Below are positions 1 through 14,175 of a stretch of DNA of 64,000 nt, piece after piece. The notes beneath the pieces are model-generated. The model worked only from the letters and a program-made list of their open reading frames with translations, was not told the DNA's origin and did no database searches. Positions within the stretch are counted from its first letter, which is position 1; each line of letters opens with the position of its first letter. The position numbers and the translations under genes are program-made. This DNA is from Lepidodermella squamata (taxonomy: Eukaryota > Animalia > Gastrotricha), in the NCBI GenBank assembly GCA_047495785.1, contig JBLDXI010000013.1:2852001-2916000 (forward strand), in the 5' to 3' direction.

Positions 1-63
1 CAAAATCGAACCAGTGAGTCGACCAATTCTGCATAAGTATAGCCAAGAGAGTAGAGATCCCGG

Positions 64-135
64 GTAAGTTGGTAATGGCAACTACAGGAGTAAAGTTAGT
101 AATGGCAACTACGGAATAAAGCTAGTAAATGCTAC
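64..135. repeat. Degenerate ~27-bp tandem repeat (about 2.5 copies)
   Basis: gtaagttggtaatggcaactacagga / gtaaagttagtaatggcaactacgga / ataaagctagtaaatgctac. Confidence 0.7.
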
Positions 136-1035
136 ATGCCACGACAAATACGGGGTAAGAATAAGAAAAAGATTCTTCAATGGTACAGTGGAACTTTCAG
201 CTACAAGCCCCAACATGTTCTCATTTTGCCTTTAGCCTTAAATCGACAGTCGGGGCGCCGAACTTCACGCTTCAACGCAGACTTCCGGCTTTAACGCTAA
301 AATCCATCGCATAATCAGCGGGAGTTTTCGCGCGTCATCATGCAGGTCAAGGCCATTAATATAAAAATTATATGCTAAATTGTATAACAAATTTGATTTG
401 AATGACTTTTTATCTCATCAAATGCAAATACAGTTAAACTTTTGATCGCATCGCATTTTAAGTTTTCGAAAAAGCTGATTTTCTTATCGGTTTTTTTCTT
501 CAAAGAAATCAAACAAACCAGTATACAGGGACACTTATAAGAGCAGTGAGATCAGGGTATTGCAATGGGACGTGAGATCTTATCAAATGTATGCGCCATG
601 CAATTCGCCATTTTGCGTCGAAACCCGGAATGAGGCTTCGCCTTAGGCCTGAGCTTGTCAATTGTCAACCGGCAATTTATGGTTTATGGTTCATGGCCAT
701 GCATGGTGTAAATTTCAGTGAGACCGCTTCAACGCCGGCAATGCAATCGGCATAAACGAATAAGTGGCTGGCTGTCATTTTGCTTCTTGAGGACCCACGC
801 CGTAATCTAGAACCCTTGACATTCACAAGAGGTCCGTTGTCCGTTGCTTGACAACTGCAACGCTAGAACCCTCAAGAAAGCTGGTTATGAGGCGCGTATG
901 ACACTTGGAGGATCATTTTAGATTGGATCAATAATCTGATACAAATCGAATTCTAATTTCATAATAATTCAACTAACATTAACTAGCCGTAGGATTTGAT
1001 GGTAAAGCGATATCGTAATTATGACTTATTATTAT

Positions 1036-1101
1036 GGAAAACTTGCGAATGTTTGAATTCAAACGTTAGGGCGTTCGAAGAAACCACTGGCGTTTCAAAA
1101 G
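1036..1101 (-). repeat. 66-bp duplicate of a kinesin coding-exon segment (source 2125-2190)
   Basis: 64/66 identical to 2125-2190, same orientation; lies just past the kinesin AATAAA (1124-1129, minus strand). Confidence 0.95.
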
Positions 1102-1241
1102 TCATAACATTAACTACCTATCTTTTATTATCAATTATTAAGAATCACTCATCGCAAAATATTCATTTCACAAATAAACGGCATCACTCAATGGAATCGT
1201 ATTGGAATCGAAATGTCAACTGCAGTTTCTGAGTCGGGCCA

Positions 1242-4200
1242 CTACTGCAGATTACAAGCAACACTGCTGGTTGGCTTGTCACCAACAAGAACCTTCAATT
1301 CGTTTGCCATAGCTGGCTCTTCTTTTTTGTTCTTCTTTTTCATAGCTGAAGGCGGCGGCTAGAATATAAAATTGAATTTCGAATCTCAAATCGAAAAGTA
1401 GCTGGACGGCAACCTACCGCATTTTTCAAAATTCCGCCTTTAGCTGCTGGTGGTGTTGGGGAAACAACTTCCTCCTCAGAATCGTCGTCATCGTCGTCAC
1501 TCTACACGAGAAACGAATCAAAGCTTAACTCCAGATTTGAGCATCCTATTTTACCTCGCTGTCCATCTTCTTTCCAGTGGCTCGCATAAGCTGGGAGACT
1601 CAAATTTTATAAATAATGTGGCTAATACGTAAAGGCTTACGGCATTTAACTTCATCACTCTAGCTGCAAGTTTTTCTGAAGCTCCAGTTATAATCGCTCG
1701 AACGGTTTTGTAGAAGCCTTCGTAACCAGATCGATCACCTTTTCCTCGAGATTCCCATTCATCAACAAGGTTCTTGAAAAAAATTTCAAGTTCATCGAGT
1801 CAAAAAGGCGAAGTCAAACCTTTATGCGACGCTCGCGTTCTTGATATCGATGAATTTTCCGGTTCAGTAAAATGATCTCTTGCTTGTAAAGAGCTGCTTG
1901 TCGTCCTTCATCATCGTCATCCCGCGATGCAGCAACGGCAACGACCAGACCCTCGTCAGTGGACTAAAACGATGCGGTAACAAATATCGATTTATAATCA
2001 GCTAGTTCAAAAATAACTACCATCGGCGCAGAATGCTCGTCGCTATTTGGAGTCATATAGAAAGAAAACATTATGAATCCTTTGTCAAGGTAATCGACCA
2101 AGTCCTGATCGGCTTTCTCGAAGCGGAAAACTTGAGAATGTTTGAATTCAAACGTTAGGGCGTTTGAAGAAACCACTGGCGTTTCAAAAGCTTTCGTATC
2201 AAATGCTGATCGGTATTTGACTTTACATTGCCTTCTTTCATATTTTGCGTTAACATAATTCGCGCGATTTATTGTAAGCTGAATGAAAATTGTATTATAG
2301 CACCATAAAATCCTGAACCTTTGTAAACTCACCCTGAAATTAAATGGCTTACCAACTAACTCACTAGGCTCGTCGACAAAGTTTTCCTCGGGTAAGGGAC
2401 GCCCTTCTTTACTACAGGGGATCAACGTAACTTCAACGTGACCCTCGTCAAGTCCTTTGAGATCGACTATGACGAGCTTGTCAGAAAAATCCATGTTGTA
2501 GGCCAATGATTTCAAGTAAACCGTCGTAGTTCCAATCAAGCAGTCTTGCGGTGGTTCCCAAAACGGGTCCTGCTCTCGATCGATTCGAGAAATATCTTCG
2601 CCCTCGAGATATTTTTGATACATTTCCTATAAACGCGATAGAAATGAAAGGAAATTTCAGAAATTCACCCAAGCTGTACCTGCATCAAAAATTTTCGATT
2701 TGTGAAAGTTCCTCGGTCCCAGAGCCATGAATTTCCCATCTTTGTATCACGCACATTCACCATAACTCTGGAGTGAGATGTTAATCGAAATGTCAATATT
2801 TCCTAAAATAGCAAACTTTTGCCCTTTCGCATCCCATCGCCCCGTGATAATTGCGTTGGAAAGCAAAACAAGCTCATAAGTATAACGCTTCCCCATTTCC
2901 TCGGCCATTGTGTTGACCTCACCAACCGATGGCAGCAGTTCCAGCAGTTCCTCTTGAACTCGTTGTTGCTCCTTGCTCAGCTGTTTGCCCGACGAAACGT
3001 ATCCCTTCACCTTTGCTATTTCCTTCTGGCAAAAGTCCCACGTTATTTCAGGGATTTTCCCAGCGTCGCCTTTGGGCTCTTTGGCCTTCAATGGATTCAT
3101 GAATACGTACAGATGATTGGAACCTGGATCGCGAAAAAATAAAAAACTACAAAAATGGGCAGTGAATAAGGCCAACCGAATAAAATTCTGTCTTTGTGAT
3201 GCAGCTTTTGCTTCTCCGTCATAGCTTTGCCGTTCAGAAGAATTTTGGCGTACTGACCCGGCTGCAGCTCAATTTTTGAACCACCTTTGGCCGAGTATAT
3301 GATTGCATGTTCTTCCAAAATGCTACCAAGTCATGCCTATCAGAATATTTTTACAAACTTGGCGCAATTATGTACCTCATGCCATTCAACACCAGATCGG
3401 GAGAATTTCCGCTCTCTGATTTTTTGCCAATTTTGGTCACCTCATTTTCAATGAAATGAACAATTATGCCGGAAAGCAGCGGATCTTCGTTCAAGTTGCA
3501 AAGGAATGGCGTAGTTTTCTTCTTATCAGCCTCCATTTTCTTGCCGCCCTGGAATGAAAAACAAACGAGTTTCCTTTAATCCCAGTTAAGCATTTCGAAT
3601 TACATCTTCTTTTTCGAGTTCCTCCTGAGCAACTTTCAAACGTTCTTGCCATCCGCTAGCCCCTCCAGAAGCCTGTTCCAGCAGCTGGGCGTTGGCGGAT
3701 AGACGTGATCTAATTTCTTCCTCCATATCACGCTCTGTTGAATTATAAGTATCATTTACATTTCTAACTTGGCAAACAGCTTCTACGAACTCATTTGTGC
3801 GATTTGCTCCGGTGTCATTCCGACAGTGGACATTTGAACTTGCGCACCCCCACCGCCCAGCATTTTCTTCAGCCTCTCATTTTCTTCCCGCAGTTCGCGC
3901 AATAATTTATCCATGGCGTTTTCATTTACAGTAGCCTTGTTCTTGATTTGTTTAGCTCGATCAGCGTATCTCAAGGTTGACAATGTTTCATCGTAATTAC
4001 AATCTTGAGTTTATAATAGTTTTGGTTGCAATAGAACTTTTGGATTTGAAAAACTCACCAGCTGGCGATAAGGCGGCAATCATTACAGTTTTACTATTAC
4101 CGCCCAGTGCATGCTTCAAAAGCATTGTCAAAACAGAATCACGATATGGGACGACTATATTTTTCTTCTTCCCAGTAGACAGGTCAGCCAAAGCACTGAT

Positions 4201-5594
4201 TACATTGCCGAGAACAGAGAGCGATTTGTTTATGTTACAGCCTTCCTTCAGACGATCACCAGTCGCACCTGTGGCATCGGCTCTCTCAGAGCCAGCCAAA
4301 TCGACAAGATTGATAACTGATGTTTTCTTAGTCAATCCTGAATCGGCTTTGGATAGTTGGTCAAACGTTATGCTGACAATTGTGTGGGCCCGCGAGCTAG
4401 TCGCATTCATGTTTGTCGCGCCAATTGTACGGTTCGAAGTTCCCTGCTCCATACGGTTTTCGATCTCTTTGTAACTCGCAACCGGTACCGTTTTCAACCC
4501 TTGCACAAAGAAGCTACCGGCTGTTGGATTTTGGCGCACAGGGAGGCCCCCTTTGACTGCTTCTTTGGACAGCAAATCACGAACTTGTTCGTTGTAAATT
4601 TCCAACATGGAAAAAGTCACTTGGAACGTCTATTACATGCCAGCTATATTTATTGATAAGCTCCTCAACGAATATTTACCTTATTTGAATCCGTATTACC
4701 CTCGATGATTTTGAACAGCTCGTCGCACGTTATTGGTACAATACCTCTATTAGCCCCATATCCAACCATTGAATATGATTTACCGGAGCCAGTTTGGCCT
4801 GAAATTTATTCGATTTGCACAGATTGTGCTGAATTAAAAGTGTCTCACCGTAGGCGAACAAAGAGCAGTTGTAGCCTAGAAATTCAAAGTAATTTCAACT
4901 GATCAATTAATGCTTGTTTCAATCCACCTTCCATCGCATTTTTCAGCACGCCACGGCCCAAGTCATCGAACACCCTCTGCTGGCTAGCGTAGGGAGAACC
5001 GGATGTAGGTTCATTGATACCGACAGCATTGGTCACAAATCCATCGTGAGACCTTCCAAGCAAATAATCACACGATTAAATATTATATTTAAATGCTCCA
5101 CAATGATATATTCGGCAAAGCAAATGATGGTAAATGATATGCCCTCGCAAAAACTACTGAAGTAAGTTGAAATTAATGAGAAAACATCAGCTCAAATCTT
5201 ACCAATACGAATAATCAAAATTAAACTATTCAGTTAAGGAAATATTCTTTCATGCTTCGACTTGAGATCATTTCATCTGTTACCGTTTTCACATCCTTTT
5301 CTGCATTAAAACAGGCGATAGATGCATTAAAAGACTTCTTAAGACTTACCATTGTCAGGATTCTTTATGGTTGTTGCATTCCCGATCATTCCGATGATGA
5401 CTTTCGCCTGCAAATCTATTTCTCTGTAACGATGGCGAAACAGCATCAAGAGCGGCTTCAGTAAACTTCTAAAATAAGTACCTCGGCAGGAAAGGCCGAA
5501 CCCTAACAGCAACCTTAACCCTGTAAAAGATAAAACATGCGTAGCTACTATATGCGTTTGCTATTGTTTCGTCTTCTTACGTTTCGTCGCTCAT
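1242..5594 (-). CDS. KIF28: Kinesin-3 family motor, KIF28/KLP-6-like (motor, FHA, C-terminal CaaX); about 22 exons
   Basis: Spliced model [15 protein letters not shown]..., P-loop [41 protein letters not shown] lead-in [19 protein letters not shown]; about 21 GT-AG introns; ends SSVACNLQ* (TAG at 1244-1242). Confidence 0.85.
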
Positions 5595-6819
5595 TTCTAC
5601 TGCTCGGTTACCTACCAGTCGCCAAATTAAACAACAAACAAGCAACTCTACGTTTTGACAGAAAATATGTCCGTATTAAATAACAGGAGAGTAGAGTGGA
5701 GCCATAATAAAAACCCACGCATAATCAGTCATCAACCATCGACATTACCCAAAATACCCAACTCTTCCAAAGGGCTGAAACTAGCGCTCAGCTGAGAACT
5801 TCAGGGTCGCAAAAGTGAGCGTCTGTGGAAACTCTTATGTATTTTATTAAAATAATGACAAAGCGTTATTTCAACATAATGTCGATAAGGAATAAATTAT
5901 ATGTCAATACCCAAAACCTATTGATTTTTGCAGGAAAAGTGACACGGGCAAAAAATCGCCTCGCATTTGCCAGCCAACGGGGCTTGAATAAACACAGCCG
6001 ATGACGACTAACTCCTGTTAATGTTCGCAGTCCACTAGTTGAGTTCGTTTCGCCCTCTTCTTGGCAAGTGCGAACTTATCGAAGAACCGAGTGCAAATTA
6101 TTTTCGACGACGTATTGGTGTTGGTAAACATTCATGGCTCTTAATCACATGGTTATTGACCAACATGTCTATTTCTGAATGTTACTAAAAAATAAGAAAC
6201 TTGACACATGAGAACAATGTCTGAAATGGAAACTTCCGAATAATGCCCTCTACAGTTTACCTTCCAACTGGGTAACTTACAAGTTATAGACATTTTGGAA
6301 TCCAGTTGGAATCCTTTCAACTTGATTTCTTAGCTGGTATATTTTTTGATTAATTAGACACATGTTCTGCCTTCACAAATCATTGCAGTCATTCATTTGT
6401 CATTTGTTAATTTCGAGGGCATCTGATGAACGAGGACTGTCCTTTTTCAGGCGACAGTCGCTCGCTTCTCGCATGATATGCTATTTAGTTTCTTGTCTTG
6501 GTTGAACTGTACCAAATGGAGCCACGTGGCATCTTCCACAGCAAGTTATTCCCCATTTTTCATGTGAATTTCACTATTTCGAAAAGTTTATCTTGTCTTT
6601 TCTCTTGCACAGCTTTTGGCCTGATTTTCTTGTTAATGCTCCGAGCTCATAGCTCATATTCATCATTTCTTCAGAGCTTCAATTATTATAATTCGATTTG
6701 GAACTAATGCTACTTTCTACTGTGTTATCAGGCTGAATCATCTACAGTTACGTTTATTTCTTTATAGGACCTTTCTCATAGTCTACTGCCAAGATTTTCT
6801 GTGTTACAGGTGATTGAAA

Positions 6820-7450
6820 ATGGGGGTAAGTTGCTTGATTCGACGATGTGCACTGCCATTAACCGCAAATATTTCATATTAATTCAGGTCACGAAAAGCA
6901 ACAAGTTGATGCAGCATATTAATTACCGCATGCGATGCCAATTACAAGATGGGAGATACTTCATTGGCACGTTTATGGCTTTTGATAAGCACATGAATCT
7001 CATGCTGGCAGATTGTGACGAATTCCGTAAGGTGCGCGCCAAGTCCAAGACTGGAGAGCAAGAACAAAAGCGAACCTTGGGCCTTGTACTTCTTCGAGGT
7101 GAACATCTGGTTTCAATGACAGTCGATGGTCCTCCGCCTCCTGAGGTAAGATGACATATTGTCATGCTTGTGGTTTTATTTTGCGGTTGAATTTTTAGGA
7201 GCGGCCTCGTGTTCCTGTTCCCGGTGCCCCTGGAGTGCCAGGTGCGCCTTTTGCTGCCGGCGGTCCTGGGATTGGCCGCGCAGCTGGTCGTGGTATTCCA
7301 CCTGCGATGCCACCAGCTGTTGCTCCCGGTTTGGCTGGTGCTGTTCGCGGAGTTGGTGGCCCGGCTATGGCTCAGATGCAGCCGACTATGGTCCCTCCTG
7401 GAATGCCGCCAGTTATGCGTCCCGGTGTGCCTCCACCACCGCGTTTCTAA
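6820..7450 (+). CDS. SNRPB: Small nuclear ribonucleoprotein SmB/B'; 3 exons
   Basis: MG|[38 protein letters not shown]...[23 protein letters not shown]|ERPRVP...GRAAGRG...PPGM; introns 6826-6887 and ~7146-7198. Confidence 0.95.
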
Positions 7451-7592
7451 ACGAAGTTGCTCATAACAGCGCTAGTCTGCGAGACTTTCGTGATGCTAGT
7501 TTCTCTTTTACCTTCGTTCATTACTGCGCTGCTTTGTGTAAATGGTTCATGATTTTTAACTTGTTTCATTATCTTTTCGTAGATTATTAAAT

Positions 7593-8746
<1,154 letters not shown>

Positions 8747-8843
8747 CCTCGATTGTTCTTTCAATTTCATGTCTTTTTATACTATTCAAGTTTTTATATA
8801 AAAATGTTGATGATTTATAATTTTGATTATCGTAGGATTTAAA

Positions 8844-11333
8844 ATGAACCGTAGTATGGATGGAAGTGGGTCTACGAGGCGCCGGCTGGATCTTTGTTCG
8901 GCCACGTCTCCGTTCGAACTGCTTTCGCCCATCGCTCGCTACGACGAGTCAGACCTTCACGACCTGAGTCCTTTTATAGCCACATCACCTAACCTAGCTA
9001 CATCACCCCGCCTATCGGAATACTCGACTTCAAGCGCTAAAACTAGGAAAATTGTCGTTACTTCGGCGAATAATAACAATAAAACCGAGCCACGCGATTC
9101 AAGTTTCCCGTCATTCAGTACCAGCCACTGGCTGGCGGCGCTGATCGAGTGGATAAACATTACGTTTTCCGACAAGGAACAGCAAAAACATGTAATCCAC
9201 GAAATCATGCATTGCTTGACCGAACTGGGTGTCATTCCTTTCAACATATTAATTACCTCTGATCAATTGTCTCAAATCCAACACGTTATCGATTCCCTTA
9301 GACTGCGTTTTTGGCAGGAACGCAAAACTGAACAGTTAACGAACGGTGGTAGCTCACCGGACCAAAAATCGCAAAATAGCATGGTTACTTTCGCGGCGAA
9401 CGGGCAAAGATCGTCGCAGTTGAAACACAGTTTGACCTTTGCGGGGGCTTCTCTCGCAAAAATGCCACAATTCGACGCGACACGCCCGACCAACATGCTG
9501 CCTTTTCCTCGAATACCTCTGGCGGCCCTGTTTCCGGCCGGTCGTTATCGTAACGATTTCGTCGAGCAGGAACATCTCGGCCGGGGTGGGTTTGGCGTCG
9601 TCGTAAAAACCGTGAATCGTTTTGATGGCACGGCTTACGCGATTAAAAAAGTTTTCGTTAAACAGCAAATGGTCAATCACGACCATTTGTTTCGAGCTCT
9701 GCGCGAAGTCCGCGCCGCTTCCTCGCTCAACCACCCTAATATTGTCCGTTACTACTCGGCATGGATCGAATCAGTGCCGGAGGGGCAGATGACTCAAGAA
9801 GTAAACAGCTCATCAGAATACTCTGACGAAGAGGCGGAGGAAAGTCATCGCTTCACTTCTAATCGGAAGAGCGACAGCATTTTTCACAACGTGCATTCTG
9901 CAATATCGCTCTCCGATGAATTTGACATAAATCGCCAATTGAATGCGGAGTTCAACGCCAAAAAACGGCCGGCTAATCTCTTCCACGATTCAAGCAACGC
10001 TAGCTTCCAGCGATCGATGCAAATGTCTACTGCCAAAGAGACGTCTGACGACATCGAATTTCGAGACGACACCCCACCTAGCAAAAGCTCGGATATAATT
10101 TTCAAGGTGGACGATTCGGATGACGACGAAACAGATGTTTCGATTGTGTTCGGTAGTTTCACGAAAAAAGCGGCTATTTCGAAAAAGCAGCCTCAAGAAA
10201 GTCGCCTGGTGCCTATGAAACCACGACCGAGGCCGAATGTGAATTTGACCTCAGCCCGCCAAGCGGTGACGGCCGAATTATACCCGGAGAATGCGCAGCC
10301 TTCTAAGGTAAGAATTTTCATTGGAAAGCGGGTCGATTAAATTGGTCCCCAATGCCATGAGCGCAATCATTTTGTAATATGAACCCCATGAATATCGTGT
10401 TACTTATTCATGAATAGCAACTAGAACTATCGATTTTCCTGATTTTTTTCACTGCTTTTGAACGACGTTGTATTGATTCAGGTCTGTCTATTTATCCAAA
10501 TGGAGCTTTGTACACTGGGATCGCTGGCCGACTGTTTGTCTCGCCGAAATAGCCGTGTCGCCAGTCTGTCCTCGTCGCCTCTTCCCTCGCCGTTGCCTCT
10601 CTCTCCGATGAGCGGCTTCGACGTCGGATCTCCAATGGCTACGCAGTCGCCGCCCATCGAGTCGCTGGTAAACGCCTCGTGGAACGCCTCAGTTTTCCTT
10701 CAGATCGTTCGCGGACTTGCTTACGTGCACTCTCGCGGTATAATTCACCGCGACCTGAAGCCCGCGAATATTTTCCTCACCGGTTGCTCCCTCAGTTGCC
10801 CTGAGGTGAAGCTCGGTGACTTCGGCCTTACTCGCTTTGACGTATTTTCTGAACACGGCGATCAGGGCTCACTGGCTCAAAGCGATTTGATTCGTTACTC
10901 AGAGCACAGGCGTTACAGCACTGAGGTTGGAACGCGAACTTACGCGTCACCAGAACAGGCCACTCGACTGGTCTACACCCGCCAAAGCGATTTGTTCAGC
11001 CTGGGTCTCATTTTATACGAATTATACCGACCCTTTACGACTACGATGGAACGACTTGCCAATTTCGAAATGCTGCGTAAAGGAGGTCCGGATGATTTGG
11101 ACGTTAGCGAGCGCCACCCTGATGTGTGGCGGCTAATCAAACGCCTGACCGCAAATAGCCCGAATAAACGCCCAAACTGCACCGATTTGCTGGCCGAGTT
11201 GGAAACGAACGAAGTCGATCGTTTACGAGAGGTTGTCGAGCAGCAGCGGCGCGAAATCGAACGCCTGCGTCAGGCCATCGTTGTTGACAGCCCTTCTTAT
11301 TCAGCACGTTTTTCACCTTACTCTTCCTCATGA
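8844..11333 (+). CDS. EIF2AK1: eIF2-alpha kinase, HRI-like; 2 exons
   Basis: RYRNDF...LGRGGFGVV, YAIKKV, LNHPNIVRYYSAWIE, long kinase insert, LFIQMELC, HRDLKPANIF, KLGDFGL, GTRTYASPEQ; N-terminal helical segment like HRI; C-terminal coiled coil; intron 10308-10480. Confidence 0.8.
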
Positions 11334-12337
11334 CAATATCGCATGATATAACTGAAGTGACTACATGCAAATATAAATATATAAATATATATGCAATTAT
11401 TGCGATATAGTGAATTACAAAGCGACACAAAATTGCTTGAATTGCGGTTGGGCTTCGAATAGCAAATTATCTGCAATAATCAATCAATGAAATTGCTTTT
11501 ATTGAAAGTAGAATTGAGTTAAATAGGAAGGAAGTTGCATCCACTAATACATTAATTTTGTGTCGCTTTGTTTACGATGATGATGAAAAAAAACGTAATT
11601 CGAACCCCTTTTCATACGTCTTTCTTACTGGCCTGCTTCCCGTTACGCCTTATGACCAGACCACTCTTATGGGGCAAAAGAACTAATAAAAAAACGCATT
11701 GTTTAGAGGCTTCTTATTAATCTTAAAAACTATGAAAATCCCCCTTCAAGGTGGTAAAAATGTGGTTTTTAAACTTGTTAAAAAATGTTTATGTTTGTCG
11801 TTCTCGTTAAAATAAAATGGAAATCTATATACGTGTAAAATTCGAATGGTGATGTTGAACAGTGCATACTACCAAAAATTATTACGTAAAAAGACATGTT
11901 CCGGCGACTTTTATTTCATAAATATATTGATATCTAAACGCTGAATCGTATGATCGATAAAATAGAAAAAAAAACTGCGCAAATTTTTTGTTTTCCTTCC
12001 TATTGATGCGAATCCTATTATTGTATCTCTATCTTTCTCGCTCTCCGTTACTCTCGTAACAAAAATGATGATAATTTTTTTCGTGTTCGTGTGTTTGTGC
12101 GTGTTATCTTCTTGTCCTCCGGTTGAGTTGAAGATGATTGCGAAGATGAAGAACGGTTAAAACAAAAAATGTCTGCTGATAAATGCCTGAAATCGTCGGT
12201 GAAAGAAAGCGCAAACTCTATTTTAGTTTTGGTTTGTGATGAGGTGATATCGAAAGCACAATTAAAAAGATGCGATTGTTTTGACATTTCAAATTAATTG
12301 TTGTTTTTGTCTTTTTTTAGATTTTTAATCAATTAAA

Positions 12338-12949
12338 ATGGCAGATCGGCTGTATTATTTCTCTTATGGAAGTAATCTCATGACAGAGCGGATGAAAAAA
12401 GAGAATAAAACAGCTGAATTTTTTGCGGTTGCTAGGCTGAAGGTATGTTTTTATATATAAAAAATCAGCGTGACTTTAATCCAGTTTTTTATCTAGAAAT
12501 ATCGCTTAGTGTTTACCCAATGCCATGTCCACGTGAGTCGCTGGGGCGGCGCAGTCGCCAGTATTTACCAAAGCGGCAGCGATGATGACGAAGTTTGGGG
12601 CGTAGTTTACACTCTTGTGCCTCAAAATATTGAAACACTGGCGAAACAGGAGTCGGATTACCTGCAGCGGCAGGTGGTTGTTGAGCTTGAAAACGGCACT
12701 CCGTTAGATTGCATTACATATATCCACCACAACCAAGCTGGCGAGAATCCACAACTGCCCGGGCCAGACTCGGTACCGTCTTGGCACTACCTTTCGGTGC
12801 TTGTTTGCGGTGCTAAGCAGAATAAGCTGCCAGAAAAATACATCGAGTTTTTAATGAAACACCCTGCGCGACAGCCTTACTGCCACGTTGACATTTTCGA
12901 CGAGCTGGTTACTATTAGCAACGGGCAACTTGTTTTATTGGCCAACTGA
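12338..12949 (+). CDS. GGCT: Gamma-glutamylcyclotransferase-like, paralog 1; 2 exons
   Basis: YYFSYGSNLMTERM...|...SRWGGAVASI...VWGVVY...LAKQE...PSWHYLSVLVCGAKQNKLPEKY; intron 12443-12496. Confidence 0.88.
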
Positions 12950-13077
12950 CCGCAATATTGTGATCATAATCTATTTAGCTGATTGTTAGGACTGTTTCAA
13001 TTGATTTTATGACAAATTAAGATGTCTTTAATTTGAATCTATTGTAATTTCTAGGTGTTAATTTCGAGGGAGTAGAG

Positions 13078-13939
13078 ATGGGTTCAACAGACCGGGTTCA
13101 CTACTTCGCATTCGCTAGTAACCTCATGACTGAGCGAATGAATATTGGCGGTGCAAATGATGCCATTCTCGTCTCAACTGGCTATGTCAAAGTAAGTTGC
13201 GGCTCTTCCTTCACAATTTAAATTTTCGCACTCGCTTTGCACTGTCATAAATCTCACCAGCTGTCGGTAGCTAATAAACTATTTACGATGGCTTGGCAAG
13301 GCTGTAAACTTGCGGCCTGGATTCGCTTGAGCCAAAGCCATTAATCTTACATGGGGGTTGTCAGAATTTATTATTCCCAAAATTTGCAATGCAAAAGCTG
13401 AGCGTCAATATTTTACTTTTAAAATTGAGAAAAATTTACTGGAATTTAAAAATTATGAATATTTTTACTAGAAATTCAAATTGGTCTTCACGGAGTGTAA
13501 CAAGCCTGAACACGAACACGACAGTCGGTGGAACGGGGCAGGCGCGAGTTTGCTTTCGACTAACGACGAAAACGACGTCGTCTGGGGCGTAGTCTACTCT
13601 ATTCCACTGTCTTCTGTCGCTGATCTGGACTCGCAAGAGGCCCAGTACGCCCGCATTGACCTGCAAGTTACGTATGCGGACAACAAAACGGTCGTGCCGT
13701 GCTTTTCTTATGTACACCACGCTCTGCTCGGCGACAGCGTGTACTCTCCATCGCCTTCTAATGCCTTACCATCACTCGAGTACCTCTCAGTGATCGTGTA
13801 CGGCGCGCGGCAACACAATCTACCGGACTGGTACATCAAAACACTGGAACAACACCCAGCGAAACCGAAGTCGCAGGTTCCGATCTTCGACGAGCTGGTC
13901 GCGTTGAGCCAAAACAAGCTCACCCTTCTGCCCCGATGA
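13078..13939 (+). CDS. GGCT: Gamma-glutamylcyclotransferase-like, paralog 2; 2 exons
   Basis: HYFAFASNLMTERM...|...SRWNGAGASL...VWGVVY...LDSQE...PSLEYLSVIVYGARQHNLPDWY; phase-0 intron at the same position as in paralog 1 (13192-13471). Confidence 0.88.
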
Positions 13940-14175
13940 ACTTTCGCTTCTTTGTGCGCGTGTGTGTTATTTTTTGAAATATTTGCGTTAATATTTTAAT
14001 ATTATGCTTGACTCGATACAATATAAAAAACATAGTTCCCTTGATCGTTTTTAATTGAACATGTTTGAGATTAGTTTTGTTCGAAAATCGTTTCACTAAA
14101 TTACTGCAGCCTCTGTGTTCCAAGTATTGAAACGGGTTGTTTTCGATTATTAGAAGTTTATATTTTTACGAAAGA

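Noticed and set aside
2280-2333. Apparent protein insertions in the ORF track (also near 44811-44864 and 50424-50474)
   Set aside because: These are short stop-free GT-AG introns; removing them restores the conserved motifs
6400-6720. Coding-like minus-strand frame / transposase remnant upstream of SNRPB
   Set aside because: Multiple stops and no recognisable motif
11585-11680. tRNA or Pol III gene on the minus strand (GGTTCGAATT followed by a T run)
   Set aside because: No cloverleaf, no convincing A-box, and an incomplete B-box
13288-13341. SECIS-like hairpin
   Set aside because: Core reads ATGG rather than ATGA, it is intronic, and no gene model here needs an in-frame TGA
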